From the NCBI RefSeq assembly GCF_006345805.1, contig NC_042997.1:39494001-39558000 (forward strand): DNA of 64,000 nt, written 5' to 3'. Below, piece by piece: positions 39,070-49,990 of the stretch. Numbering within the stretch: position 1 is the first letter of the stretch; every line of letters begins with the position of its first letter. The notes under the pieces are model-generated. The model was not told where the DNA came from, did no database searches, and saw nothing but the letters and a program-made list of their open reading frames with translations. This DNA is from Octopus sinensis (lineage: Eukaryota). A program made the translations under genes and the position numbers.

Positions 39070-39257
39070 ACTGCCCAACTCAGGTGAAGCATACTGACTA
39101 AGAAGCAAAATACTTGTGACACTGATGCACTTACTTGTAAATATTGCAAAAAGCTTAGTACCAGAAGAGCCTGCAATATTATAAATTAGCTCCTGCAGTT
39201 TGTGCATGGGGCAAAGCATCTCTGGTGTTTATTTCACTTTATTTCTCCTTTAATATG

Positions 39258-39459
39258 AGGCGCAGGAGTGGCTGTGTGGTAAGTAGCTTGTTTACCAACC
39301 ACATGTTTCCGGGTTCAGTCCCACTGCGTGGCACCTTGGGCAAGTGTCTTCTACTATAGCCTCGGGTCGACCAAAGCCTTGTGAGTGGATTTGGTACACG
39401 GAAACTGAAAGAAGCCTGTCGTATATATATGTGTGTGTGTATATATATATGTGTGTGTA

Positions 39460-39502
<43 letters not shown>

Positions 39503-39716
39503 TTGTGTTTCTGTGTTTGTCCCCCCAACGTCATTTGACAACCGATGCTGGTGCATTTATGTCCCTGTAACTTAGCGGTTGGCAAAAGAGCCCGTTAGAA
39601 TAAGTACTAGGCTTACAAAGAATAAGTCCTGTGGTCGATTTGCTTGACTAAAGGTGGTGCTCCAGCATTGCCACAGTCAAATGACTGAAACAAGTAAAAG
39701 TGTAAAAGTGTAAAGT
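39258..39716 (+). mobile_element. SINE family A, full length
   Basis: Near-identical to 12013-12419. Confidence 0.85.
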
Positions 39717-41709
39717 GTGTATAGTGTATTATTTGCATAAAGATTAGAGAGATGAACTAAGTGATCTCAGAGGTCATTCTGGTTTGTCTTAAACATGTGA
39801 ATTCATTCTATTGAGGCTAATTCTACCAATTATCCTCCTCAGATAATAAATACTGAGATCATTTAATTACATAAAAAAGATAATCTCACTTATCATCTCA
39901 TGGTGCACCCTGTCTAGTTTCAGTGGACAAAGAGGAGATAACCACTCTGAAATGTCTTGGTAGGTGGTGCTGAGAGCTGATTTTGTTGTATTTACACCAA
40001 TTGTCTTCAGTAAGAAATCGTTTTCATAACAAAACACTGTGAATGGCTTTCTTATGGGTTTGAATATGCCCCGAGCATATTTGAACCAGTATTTAATCAA
40101 CTATATTATTTTTTTTAGAGTATAATCAATAAATAGTCTTATCAGCCTTTTTAAAAGAAGCTAATATGAATATAATTCCACATATGGATATAATTAATAT
40201 TTTTATTGGCTGTGACTTATACAATGTAATTATATATTTGACCGAATATATAGACACTAGGGTTAGAAAATTGTCAATTATAAGTTAAATTATTATATCA
40301 TTTATACACAAAAGGGAGTAATTTATTTGATGTTTTATCAGTCAAGCTCTCTCACAACAACTGACTGATCTTTTTTATTACCACTCATTCAATGTTTAGG
40401 CCTTTCAATACATAATGTAATTACAACATTAGCAATTATTATGTTATTAGAAATGCTGGAAAATAGAAAAAATAGAAAAATAGAAAAATATAGAAAAATA
40501 GAAAAAAGCCCCTGTAATAACGCAAAATTTAAAGCTGAATAATCATAAATGTAACTGAATTTTTAAAATATTCATATCTCAAAGCATTTGTTTTCCAACA
40601 ATAACAACAACAACAACTACATTCTGTAATTAACAACATATTTAATTGATCACAGTTTAATGGATTCTATTGAAAAACTGTCATTTTGGGCCTTTTAAAA
40701 GCACTACAAAAGAGGAAGATGCCTTCTCTAAAAATATTTCAATGAGCATAACTATAGATGCTAGTCAATATTATACATTGGTGAGCTGGCCAGAAAATTT
40801 ACATAACAGTCCTTGTAATGTTTAAAAATTGTTTGAATGTGACGTATTGTAGTTTTAGATTTAAATGAAGGGCTTCCTTTTATGACAGTAAAATTTGTGA
40901 AGTTTATCATGACAGGCATGTAATTCTCAATTAAGCAACAATAAATTCATGCAGACGAAATGTAAATTAAAAGGGTGTAGGAAAATCCATTTGTCATCTT
41001 GTGTGCTCTTGTATAACTGTTGCTTACTTAATTTCTGCCAATTTCTGTGAACGAAATATAGTTTGAGCATTATACATTTTATTTTATACATGCTATCAAA
41101 TAGCATTTTGTTTTTTTCGAAAACATTTTTCAATTTTTATAAAAAATAGTCCATTAGCAAATATTATTTTGCTATAGTATATATTATGAGTTATAGCTAC
41201 CTTACATACCTGTGTATAGATATATATATCATTCTTAATTACAGCTTTTTATATTTCAACAATAAACTACTTAATTTGTATTCAGGTTTACGAAAATTAT
41301 ATAAATATTTTCTTTAAGCATTTGTGCGCTTCTATTTTTATGTAAGTGTGCGTGTGTATATGCATGTGTGTGTATGTATATATATAAATATATATGTATA
41401 TATAAAAATTCAGGATTCAAGTAAATCAGGTCCTTAATTAGTAAAGCACCAAGGTTGGCCAGTCAAATTGCTATTGCGTACAAACAATATCTGAGGAACA
41501 AATATGTACTTACCAAAGTAAACACGCATTTATATTCCAGTTGTCTGTACAATCACAAATGGCTGACTGAATATACTGAGTCTCACGGCTGTACATCGGT
41601 ACAAACACTGCACCAATTGTACTGCACTCAAAAGACTCCAATTCCATGTGAACTGCAGGTACCAAGTAAGGTGAATAATAAACAACTAACAACAGATGGA
41701 TTGTGGTTT

Positions 41710-41801
41710 ACTCACTACAACTGTTTCAAACATGTTTTTTATTCATGAATAGAATTATTATGTCATGCAAAAAAAAAAAGAGACGCTTTCATCAGGTGAA
41801 T
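41710..41801 (-). ncRNA. Penelope-type hammerhead ribozyme motif (left arm of fold-back)
   Basis: - strand: AUUCAC CUGAUGA AAGCGU...AUGUUU GAAA CAGUUG UA GUGAGU. Confidence 0.65.
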
Positions 41802-41944
41802 ATATGTATGAATTAAACATTTCAAAACATCTTAAATTCCAAAGTAAATGCCATTTCATGATACTCTGAATAAAATTTAGAGAGTCACAAAATAGCATTT
41901 GCTTTGGAATTTAAGATGCTTTGAAATGCTTAATTCATACATAT

Positions 41945-42029
41945 ATTCACCTGATGAAAACGGGTTTTTCTTTTGCATGATGTAATAATTCTTTTCAATA
42001 AATACATATTTGAAACAGCTGTAGTGAGT
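41945..42029 (+). ncRNA. Penelope-type hammerhead ribozyme motif (right arm of fold-back)
   Basis: AUUCAC CUGAUGA AAA...UUU GAAA CAGCUG UA GUGAGU, with palindromic stem III ACAGCUGU. Confidence 0.65.
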
Positions 42030-42112
42030 GAAACACAATCCATCTGTTATTTGTTTATATATCTACATCTATATCTATATCTATAGCTATCTATCTATCT
42101 ATCTATCACTCT

Positions 42113-42151
<39 letters not shown>

Positions 42152-42192
42152 TATAGTAGAACAAATAAGAAATAGAACTCAATACATGAATG

Positions 42193-42370
42193 TATATACT
42201 TATTTTATTTTTAATTGGCAGAAAATTACAAAAGTAACTCAAGGGCCAAGGGTTTCATGCATGGCACTTGGCACTTATCAAACTAGGTTTGATAAGTGCC
42301 ATGCATGTAACTATCAGCCCTTGAGTCACTTTTGTAATTTTCTGATGATTAAAAGTAATGAAAGTATATA
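42193..42370. repeat. ~175-bp fold-back palindrome
   Basis: cagaaaattacaaaagtaactcaagggc...tggcacttatcaaactaggtttgataagtgcca...gcccttgagtcacttttgtaattttctg. Confidence 0.8.
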
Positions 42371-42618
42371 TACACATACATATATTTATATATATATACA
42401 CACAAACACACACATATATATGCATGCAAATTCTCGTGCTTATCTAGTCATTTATTTCTACATTTAAAAAATACAAAGAATGAACTAAACTAACAAGCTT
42501 CCACTTTCCTCCTTTTTGTTACTTAAATAGTTAAAAAAAACCTCCCAAAACTATTCACAACCTGCTGCAAAAGAACTTTCCTATCCCTTAATTGTTATCC
42601 TTAAAAAGAGGATTAGGA

Positions 42619-45600
42619 TTAGTCAAATCTTTTGTTGCCTTTATTTATACTATCACGTAAGTCTGGTTCTGAATGAAAAGTATGCATTTTACCATTTTCT
42701 TCCTCAGCTGCTTCTTCCGAAGCGGATTTTTGTAATTGCTTCAGTTTGTCAATACGCTTTCGATCCGGTTCAAAAGAAGCAAAAAGTTCATGAAAACTAT
42801 GACATCTTTCAGCATGATCATTGACTTCGTTTTCAGCAACTTTTTCAAATGATATAGGACTGTCATTAGCATTGACAAATTCCCTTGCGGATGATATACT
42901 CCAGCGACTTCTACTTTTATTTGATGAAGCTGGCGATGACTTTTCTCTTTGCTTTTCATTATTAGAAGATTCATTTGGAGTTTCTCTACCTTGTTCATCT
43001 CTCACGTTATCATCAGACGAAGAGGGGCACTTCTCAGAGCTTTGTGACCGTTGTCTAGGTATGGGTAAAGGAGGTTTTGAAGCAGTGGAACTATCTTCTG
43101 TAGCTAAATTTTCATCAGAGAGTAATGGCTGAGGACTCTCGTTTTCTTGCATCATCATTTGTTGAGCTATTACTATTTTTTGTCTTGCTTTCGCTTCATG
43201 TCGTTGTTTTACATTTCGTGGAGTCATAACCTTAGAAGATGATTGACTTTTTGGAGAAGATTTTGAGCTCTGTGAATCATCAGAAAACTTATTTCCTTGT
43301 TCTTCACTAATTTCACTGATTGGTCGTCTCTCATGTCTCGACCTGGTCCTAACTTTACGATGACGATCTTCATCACTTGAGCTGAAAAGATCCAACATTT
43401 TGGCTATACTCTTTGAAACTGGTCGTTTTTTCTGTTGTACCATTTCAGCCGAACTGTCACTTGAACATGATTGTTCTTGCCTTAATTGTTGCTGGAAGTT
43501 CTGTTTTGAAATATTTCCATTTTCCAGAATTTCTTTGTTTCCATTACTGCTCTGGGATTGGCTACTAGAAGTAGTGTGTTTTATATCAAAATCAGGTGGT
43601 GTTGACTTTCTGTGATTCCTGTCGTCATCTCGTCCTGATTTACGATGTAGACTAGAAGATCGTGGCGGAGGTTTGGGTCGAGGAGTACCATTAATCTGTC
43701 TTGAACTACCATCTGAAGTGTCAGATCGTGCGGAAGATTTTGACCGTGATCCTTTTTCTACTGTTATTGAGGACAAATATACTCTTGGACCATCATTACC
43801 TTCTTTTCCACTATTTCTACTCTGGTGGAATTTCTTACTTTCATGGTTCATTTCATTTGCTAGTGACCTCCTTTGGCGTCTTGTTCTTGCCCGCCGTGTA
43901 GGAACATCAGAAGTAGACAATACTGAATCTCCTGATGCATCTTCAGTTTTGATTAAAGGTGATTCAGTAACTGAAGGAGAATTTGATGTCTGAGATTCAG
44001 TTTTTACTGGGTATTTGCTACCAATATCTTTCACTGGAACTTGCATTAATTCTCGGTATCTTTGACTAGTGGTTAATCCATGGTCGGATGCTGACAAGTA
44101 GCGCATGTCAGAATGAAATGAGTCTGAACTGACATGTCCAGCTGTATTATCATACAGCTGGGAAAATGAAGAAGATAATCTAAAACAATGGCTTTCTTGG
44201 CTTGAATACGGAGAAGAAAAATTGCTTGGTTTGTTGCAGTCCAATAAGGTTTCATTGCCGATATTAAGTTGGGTGTAAATTTTTTCCAATTCATTAAGCG
44301 CTTCACTAAGTTTAGCTTTCCTGTTTACAAAATGTTCCGTACCAGGTTTTTTGCTGCTTGAAGATTTAACATCAGCTGAAAGCATTGCACTCGTTGCAGG
44401 AGAGAATTTCTTGAGAGTGTTGAGAATTCTGTCAAGATTTGATTCATCTGCTTTGAGTATCTTTGATTTAATTTCTGAAAGCTTATCTTCGACTTGACTT
44501 GCAAGAACTTTAAGTTCCTCTATATTTTCTTCTGGTTGAGCAGGTGTGTAGGTAGTTGGCTTTTCACTGTCTCTAAAAGCAAACATAACATTATTATTTC
44601 CTTCCTGGATATTCTTAATTAGAATGGCTAAATCATCACCAGATGGGGAACGTTCCACCAATCCTGTGTTGATGAGTTTCTCTTTCAGCACGGAGGGATC
44701 TAGTTGATAGTTACCATTGACAACATTCTCATACTGTTTCTCTCCCAGTTTAGTCATAGACTGGTACATCACATTTCCATGGTTGCCTTCTTGAAGTTGT
44801 AAAAGATTTTGTTGGGAAGAAAACTCAGGACGTTCTGCAGAGGGACCGCTACTACAAGCAGCCTTTAACATTTGAGAATGAACTTCTAATTGATCTCCAT
44901 GGTAAGACCCTGAATGATAAGACAGGGGCCTTTTTGGTGAACTTGCTTTGTGAGACATGTCCACATGGCTGCCAAATATCTTTCTTTGACTATTTGACAT
45001 TCTGTTACCAAGGACTGGCTGTAGATCCAAAAGAACTTCATCTAATGCATTCATGTTAGCAATCTTGTTTGAAGATTTGAGACTTGAAGTTGAATATGGT
45101 TTCGATTGAGGTTTATTATCAGCATTAGATGCTGGAAAAGAAGGTAAGGAAAAAGGTTTTATATGCTGAGTAGATGCTGCATCCATTTGACAAGAAGTAA
45201 ATGCTTTTGTAGAATCAATTTCAGTTGAGTTCTTTCTTTCTGAAGGAATTTCTTTCATAAGATGATCAAAGTTTGTTAATTCCTCAATTTCTTTCCAAAA
45301 AGGGTCTTCAGAAAAGGGGATTGTTTCTAGAGTTCTGGCTGTAACTCGTTCAATACTAACTGGTCCTTGATGACTGTCCATTTGAGGTGACCATATCTCT
45401 GAATCTTTGAGTTTTTCTTGCATTCCACCAATCAAATTTTTCCAGTTACCATGTTCTGCATTTCTTCTGTTTGATATCATTTGACTAATGCTATGGTCAG
45501 ATGATATATCACTTTTCCTTCTGAGGAAATTTCCAGCTGGTATGTTGGTATTGTTTATATCATGAGGATACAGTACAGTTTTCTTCTCATTTGCTTTCAA

Positions 45601-48528
45601 TTCCAAAGTAGTAGATCCACTATTTGGCGCAGAAGCAGTGGTATGATGCTTTGGAATAAAAAACTGATAATCTTTGTTTGTCAGTGGGCTGGAGGCTGGT
45701 ATAGCTGTATCACCTGTGTTATTACTTGAAAAATTTTTTACTGGAAGGAAAAGGGGGCTGTCTATTGTCGGTGATTTATTTATTCCTTCATGATAGCTAT
45801 GGCTGAGACCATTTGCAGTTGTGTTATTTACATCTGGTGATATTTGGAGAAGACTTTTGTTTATATCGACCATAATTTTTGAATGGGTTTTACCTTTAAA
45901 TAAGTCACCATCAGATATAGACCCGGTTTGTGAAAGACTTCTGGTCATATTGCTTTTACTCATATTTTTATTTACATTAACTGGTTTGGTAGGTACATCT
46001 GAAGAATAAGGCTTTGTTGCTACAGTATCTTCATCGATAACAGCTAAATATTTTGACCACTCACTCGCCATATGTTTTACAGTTGTTGGCAAATGGTTCT
46101 CCCCAATGTCAGGAATTTCTCCTGTTTTAATGTCTACTGGTAGATTTTTGTGTGACGTTTTCATTTTAGTTTCCCACTTTTTCACTCTTTCAGCTACTTC
46201 AATGTCATATTCTACATCAGAAAACATTCCAGTATCTTTTATTGGTAAGGCTAACTCATTTTCTTTCATACTAGCGTTAGTTGCGCTTACTATTGAGGGT
46301 GCAGAACAGCTTAAAGATTTTTTAATTACCTCAGGAGAGTTTTTTATTTTGTTAGATTCTGACACCAAAATACTTTCTGAAATAGTTATAAGTGGTTTAT
46401 ACTGGGCCATGTTTTCAGCATTTTCCAATGGCTTTGATGGCTGATTATCTCTCTGGTTTTGGTTGGCTGCTTGTTGGGCATTATCATGAGATTTTAGCCA
46501 AGACATACAAGATTGGAATGCACTGCTCTCACAGACAGGGGATTGTGTAATTAAAACTGGCTCTGAAATTCTAATTGGGGTTGGGCGATGAATTGGCTTT
46601 CTATCTTCAGTATAAATTTGTGAAGATGTAATGGGTTGTTTGTTTCTAGGAGTAACGGGAATTAGATTTGAACCTGTACATTGTTGCGACATTAAGACTG
46701 GTTCAGAGGACATTTTTAGTAGAACAGGTTTTGAAGTAGTAACTAATTCTGGAATTTTAGGCATAACTGGCTGTAACATCGGAATTGGTTCTGAGACCTT
46801 TGGTAAACCAGATGTTTCTGATGCTGATATAGGTTTCTCATTCTGTGAGTTTGAATGCTGTGTTAATTGAAGAGTATTAGTGACACTCGTTGGTTCTATG
46901 TATTGCTTATTTGATTCTAACAGCTCATCAAGTGAATCTCCATCACTGTAACATTTTGATGAATAATTCGTTGTCTGTTTTATATTCGATTCTTTGGAAA
47001 TTGAATCTATGCCTGTCTTAGATCTACGACTTTTTTGTTTTTGCTCGGATTTGGATTTTTCCTTTTTTTGTTCTTGGAAAGGATGTTGATCCATTTTGGC
47101 AGGTAATTGAGGTGATTCTGGTTGTGTTGGAACATACGGCTGAAAACTCAATGGGCGAGTGTTCAACTGAGGATTATGCCCATTCGATAAGAGAAAAGCA
47201 TTTTGCAAGGAACTATTTGTTTCAAAGTTTCTGTTTTGATTAATGAAATTTTCAGGTTGTTGTTGCTGAAATGTTTGTTGCTGAAATGTTTGTTGTTGTT
47301 GCTGCTGCAGCTGAGGAGGAGGAGGAGGACTGATACATTGGATATTGTTCCCAAAAGCAAAGGCTGTGGAATTTCTATTTGGATTGCTTGCAGCTGCCTT
47401 CCTGTTTTCACACTGAAAATTTGTATTTATTATTTGAGAATCTGTTCCATTTTTATTTTCTTTCTGTAAAGAATTGTTGAAATTATTTGTTAAACCAATA
47501 TTTTGGTTATTTTTGCGAGGATATTCAACAACAACCATTCTTGGTTTTGGTTTTTCCGGTTGGCTTGGAGGTTTGTTATCTCTTTTGAATGTGAGAGGTG
47601 GAGACAAGCTTCCACTTGCAGGAAATCCTAGAGACATAGGTCGGTAGCAAGGAAAAGAAGCTGTCATTTGAGCTGGCTTTGAAACTTCTGTCTTCAGTTT
47701 TGGTTCTAGAACAATTTGATCACCTGAAATATTAAGATAATTTGTGTACTCTTGACCAGATCTAGCGGTTACACCTTCATATTCCCCTATGGAGGCTTTT
47801 CTACCTCTTCCACGGCCTGCTTGAACTTGGGAAAGTCTCTGACGAATTTGGTTTGAAATTTCAGAGTGTGGGTTGGTTTCTTCATCAGATGTGGGATAAT
47901 TTTCCATTCTCTGTTGTCTTATTTCTTCTAACCGCTGAAACTTAGCTTTTTGAGGAATGGCTGCATTAACTCTGTTAGGATTACTCCATGTATTTTGATG
48001 GTCCTGCTTGTTTCCACTTGAAGGTGATGGAATACCTGAATGTGGCCGATTGATTGAATTTGGCATGGTTTGGCTTTTGTTTTCTTGTGGTGGTGGTGGA
48101 GGTGGTGGAGTGATTAGTTTCCATTCTGTTGCTTTGGTTTTATCATGCCGTTTTTTCTTTTTTATCAAAAGTGGGTTCCGTGTCCATCGCTTTGGTCCAC
48201 TATCTCCCGAATCAGTGTCGCTGTCCGATAGATTAATGTTAACGATATCATCATCGGAGAACTGGCGCAAACATAATGGACGAGGACTTTTGCGTGGTTC
48301 ATGACTGATAGCCCATTGTGGTCCAGATGTATCTTGTCTACTAGGGCTCAGGTGTCGTCGAGGACCTTCACTTCTTGAACGATGTCGTGCTTTGGCTTGA
48401 CTGTCACTAGGCACAGCAACTCTTCTTCCTTGTCTTTCATGTCTTTCCGTCAAAGGGTCTTCTGTTGCTTGACTGGGTGTTCTTGACCCTTGACCTCTAG
48501 ACAGACTTTTCAGTTTCTCATCTGCACT
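42619..48528 (-). CDS. Giant terminal coding exon (5910 bp, ~1969 aa) of an unidentified large scaffold-like protein, mostly disordered with short coiled-coil or helical islands
   Basis: Uninterrupted 1944-aa ORF that extends upstream in frame (SADEKLKSLSRGQG...) to the acceptor tttttttatataatttcAG at 48529-48530 (phase 0). S/P/Q/N-rich with polyP and polyQ tracts. Stop at 42619-42621. No TE insertions despite TE-dense flanks. Confidence 0.92.
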   Translation of the reverse strand, partial: SADEKLKSLSRGQGSRTPSQATEDPLTERHERQGRRVAVPSDSQAKARHRSRSEGPRRHLSPSRQDTSGPQWAISHEPRKSPRPLCLRQFSDDDIVNINLSDSDTDSGDSGPKRWTRNPLLIKKKKRHDKTKATEWKLITPPPPPPPQENKSQTMPNSINRPHSGIPSPSSGNKQDHQNTWSNPNRVNAAIPQKAKFQRLEEIRQQRMENYPTSDEETNPHSEISNQIRQRLSQVQAGRGRGRKASIGEYEGVTARSGQEYTNYLNISGDQIVLEPKLKTEVSKPAQMTASFPCYRPMSLGFPASGSLSPPLTFKRDNKPPSQPEKPKPRMVVVEYPRKNNQNIGLTNNFNNSLQKENKNGTDSQIINTNFQCENRKAAASNPNRNSTAFAFGNNIQCISPPPPPQLQQQQQQTFQQQTFQQQQPENFINQNRNFETNSSLQNAFLLSNGHNPQLNTRPLSFQPYVPTQPESPQLPAKMDQHPFQEQKKEKSKSEQKQKSRRSKTGIDSISKESNIKQTTNYSSKCYSDGDSLDELLESNKQYIEPTSVTNTLQLTQHSNSQNEKPISASETSGLPKVSEPIPMLQPVMPKIPELVTTSKPVLLKMSSEPVLMSQQCTGSNLIPVTPRNKQPITSSQIYTEDRKPIHRPTPIRISEPVLITQSPVCESSAFQSCMSWLKSHDNAQQAANQNQRDNQPSKPLENAENMAQYKPLITISESILVSESNKIKNSPEVIKKSLSCSAPSIVSATNASMKENELALPIKDTGMFSDVEYDIEVAERVKKWETKMKTSHKNLPVDIKTGEIPDIGENHLPTTVKHMASEWSKYLAVIDEDTVATKPYSSDVPTKPVNVNKNMSKSNMTRSLSQTGSISDGDLFKGKTHSKIMVDINKSLLQISPDVNNTTANGLSHSYHEGINKSPTIDSPLFLPVKNFSSNNTGDTAIPASSPLTNKDYQFFIPKHHTTASAPNSGSTTLELKANEKKTVLYPHDINNTNIPAGNFLRRKSDISSDHSISQMISNRRNAEHGNWKNLIGGMQEKLKDSEIWSPQMDSHQGPVSIERVTARTLETIPFSEDPFWKEIEELTNFDHLMKEIPSERKNSTEIDSTKAFTSCQMDAASTQHIKPFSLPSFPASNADNKPQSKPYSTSSLKSSNKIANMNALDEVLLDLQPVLGNRMSNSQRKIFGSHVDMSHKASSPKRPLSYHSGSYHGDQLEVHSQMLKAACSSGPSAERPEFSSQQNLLQLQEGNHGNVMYQSMTKLGEKQYENVVNGNYQLDPSVLKEKLINTGLVERSPSGDDLAILIKNIQEGNNNVMFAFRDSEKPTTYTPAQPEENIEELKVLASQVEDKLSEIKSKILKADESNLDRILNTLKKFSPATSAMLSADVKSSSSKKPGTEHFVNRKAKLSEALNELEKIYTQLNIGNETLLDCNKPSNFSSPYSSQESHCFRLSSSFSQLYDNTAGHVSSDSFHSDMRYLSASDHGLTTSQRYRELMQVPVKDIGSKYPVKTESQTSNSPSVTESPLIKTEDASGDSVLSTSDVPTRRARTRRQRRSLANEMNHESKKFHQSRNSGKEGNDGPRVYLSSITVEKGSRSKSSARSDTSDGSSRQINGTPRPKPPPRSSSLHRKSGRDDDRNHRKSTPPDFDIKHTTSSSQSQSSNGNKEILENGNISKQNFQQQLRQEQSCSSDSSAEMVQQKKRPVSKSIAKMLDLFSSSDEDRHRKVRTRSRHERRPISEISEEQGNKFSDDSQSSKSSPKSQSSSKVMTPRNVKQRHEAKARQKIVIAQQMMMQENESPQPLLSDENLATEDSSTASKPPLPIPRQRSQSSEKCPSSSDDNVRDEQGRETPNESSNNEKQREKSSPASSNKSRSRWSISSAREFVNANDSPISFEKVAENEVNDHAERCHSFHELFASFEPDRKRIDKLKQLQKSASEEAAEEENGKMHTFHSEPDLRDSINKGNKRFD

Positions 48529-48944
48529 CTGAAATTATATAAAAAAAGTAATACTTAGAGAAAATGACTAAAAGTGAAACAAATCATATATATCTTTCAA
48601 TTAAAAAAGAATTACAAAAATATAACATTTGAAAACATAATTCTTGAAAGTATTTTAAGTCGCATGCAATCTTGAGATCATGGCTGTTGGAAAATGATTA
48701 ATGTGGTGTATCTAAAATTATCACTTTTGATCAAATTATAAAGAATTCAACTGTATATTTCCTGTCGTAGTATTTGCACAGAATATGCAACATTACTTCT
48801 TTCTAACAAATTAAACATGTCTGTGTGATTAAGAAATTTCCCTATTACAGCCCTGGGTTGATCAGTGCCTTGTGGATGAATCTGGTAGATGGAAACTGAT
48901 GTATGTTATTGTCATTGTCGTTGTTATTGTTGTTGTTGGTGCTG

Positions 48945-49303
48945 TTGAGCGTAGCAGTCTTCGTCCAGTGGGAGAAGTCCGAAACGTGGTCCTTTGCTAT
49001 TCGTAAGACCTGCAGAAGAGAAAGTAGGCCAACCCCCGACACCGAGAGCATCGACGGATGGATGAATGCGCATCCAGGCTCAGCGGTTGCGTAGGAAGTT
49101 GGGGACAAGAAACAGGAAGAAAGAGTGAGAGAAAGTTGGAGCGAAAGAGTACAACAGGGGTCGCCACAACCCCCTGCTGGAGCCTCGTGGAGCTTTAGGT
49201 GTTTTCGTTCAATAAACACACACAACGCCCGGTCTGGGAATCGAAACCGCGATCCTCCTACCGCGAGTCCGCTGCCCTAACCATTGGGCCATTGCGCGTC
49301 CAC
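48945..49303 (-). mobile_element. Young CpG-rich tRNA-derived SINE (family D) with a 14-bp TSD
   Basis: tRNA head tggcccaatggttagggcagcggactcgcgg...ggtttcgattccc. TSD tgttgttggtgctg at 48931-48944 and 49304-49317. Confidence 0.8.
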
Positions 49304-49590
49304 TGTTGTTGGTGCTGCTGTGCAACTATTGCCATCATTGTTGTCATCCTCTTGTCCTCATTGTCCTTGTCATTATACTGAAAGTCAGTTTTGGAAATTT
49401 CTGTTGTCTCATCAGTAAGGACTGGCTCAACTTTGGCAGATTGTGGACTTAATTCTCTATCAGTATATATGTTTTTACCATGGAAGTGTATGGATGATTT
49501 AGCAAATTGTTAATGTGTATACATTAATGTAGACATCGGTTTGCAATGTTTCACCAAAATGGAAAACTATAACCGTCACTAAATGTGACT

Positions 49591-49729
49591 AGGGTATTAG
49601 AAAGACCTACATTGCTAGAAATAGGAGCCAAAATGCTCTAATGCATTTTTGTAATTTTTATGTGCTTTGAATACAGCATTAGAGCATTTTAGCCCTTATT
49701 TCTTGCAATGTATGTGTTTCTAGCACCCT
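49591..49729. repeat. ~140-bp imperfect palindrome
   Basis: agggtattagaaa...aaaatgctctaatgc / gcattagagcatttt...tttctagcaccct. Confidence 0.7.
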
Positions 49730-49739
49730 ATTCACATTT

Positions 49740-49798
49740 ATATATATATATAATATATATATATAATGTATATAAGAGAACAAAGTGTACGCATGCCG

Positions 49799-49871
<73 letters not shown>

Positions 49872-49990
49872 ATATATATGTATCTATGTATATATATATG
49901 TATGTATATATATATATGTATGTATATATATATGTATGTATGTATATATATGTATGTATGTATATATATATGTATGTATATATGTGTATA
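49740..49990. repeat. (TA)n/(TATG)n microsatellite tract
   Basis: Read directly from the sequence. Confidence 0.9.

Noticed and set aside
24450-39219. Long repeat ORFs (DRSAYRTDVSM, EQTLAWTEVPI) as a real repetitive protein gene
   Set aside because: They follow from a 33-bp unit that lacks stops in three frames. Recurrent variants add stops (TGA in the EQTLA frame, TAA in the RSAY frame), and recurrent 31-bp units shift the frame.
42341-42370. ctgatga...gaaa as a hammerhead
   Set aside because: No convincing stem III, cleavage triplet or stem I.
42741-48304. Short ORFs overlapping the giant exon on either strand
   Set aside because: Shadow ORFs of the real coding exon.
42619-48528. Gene symbol assignment (one coiled-coil motif vaguely recalls invertebrate PLEKHA-like scaffolds)
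   Set aside because: Only a faint recollection of one motif. No diagnostic domain lies in the window.
48945-49000. Hammerhead in the SINE tail (gga gaag tcc GAAA cgtggtc)
   Set aside because: No CUGANGA box adjacent to the stem.
49230-49303. tRNA gene
   Set aside because: tRNA-like head continues into a SINE body bounded by a TSD, and no proper acceptor stem is evident.
49260-49510. Open frame on - strand (DRELSPQSAKVEPVLTDE...) as an upstream exon
   Set aside because: No convincing splice donor or acceptor, and it runs into a SINE.
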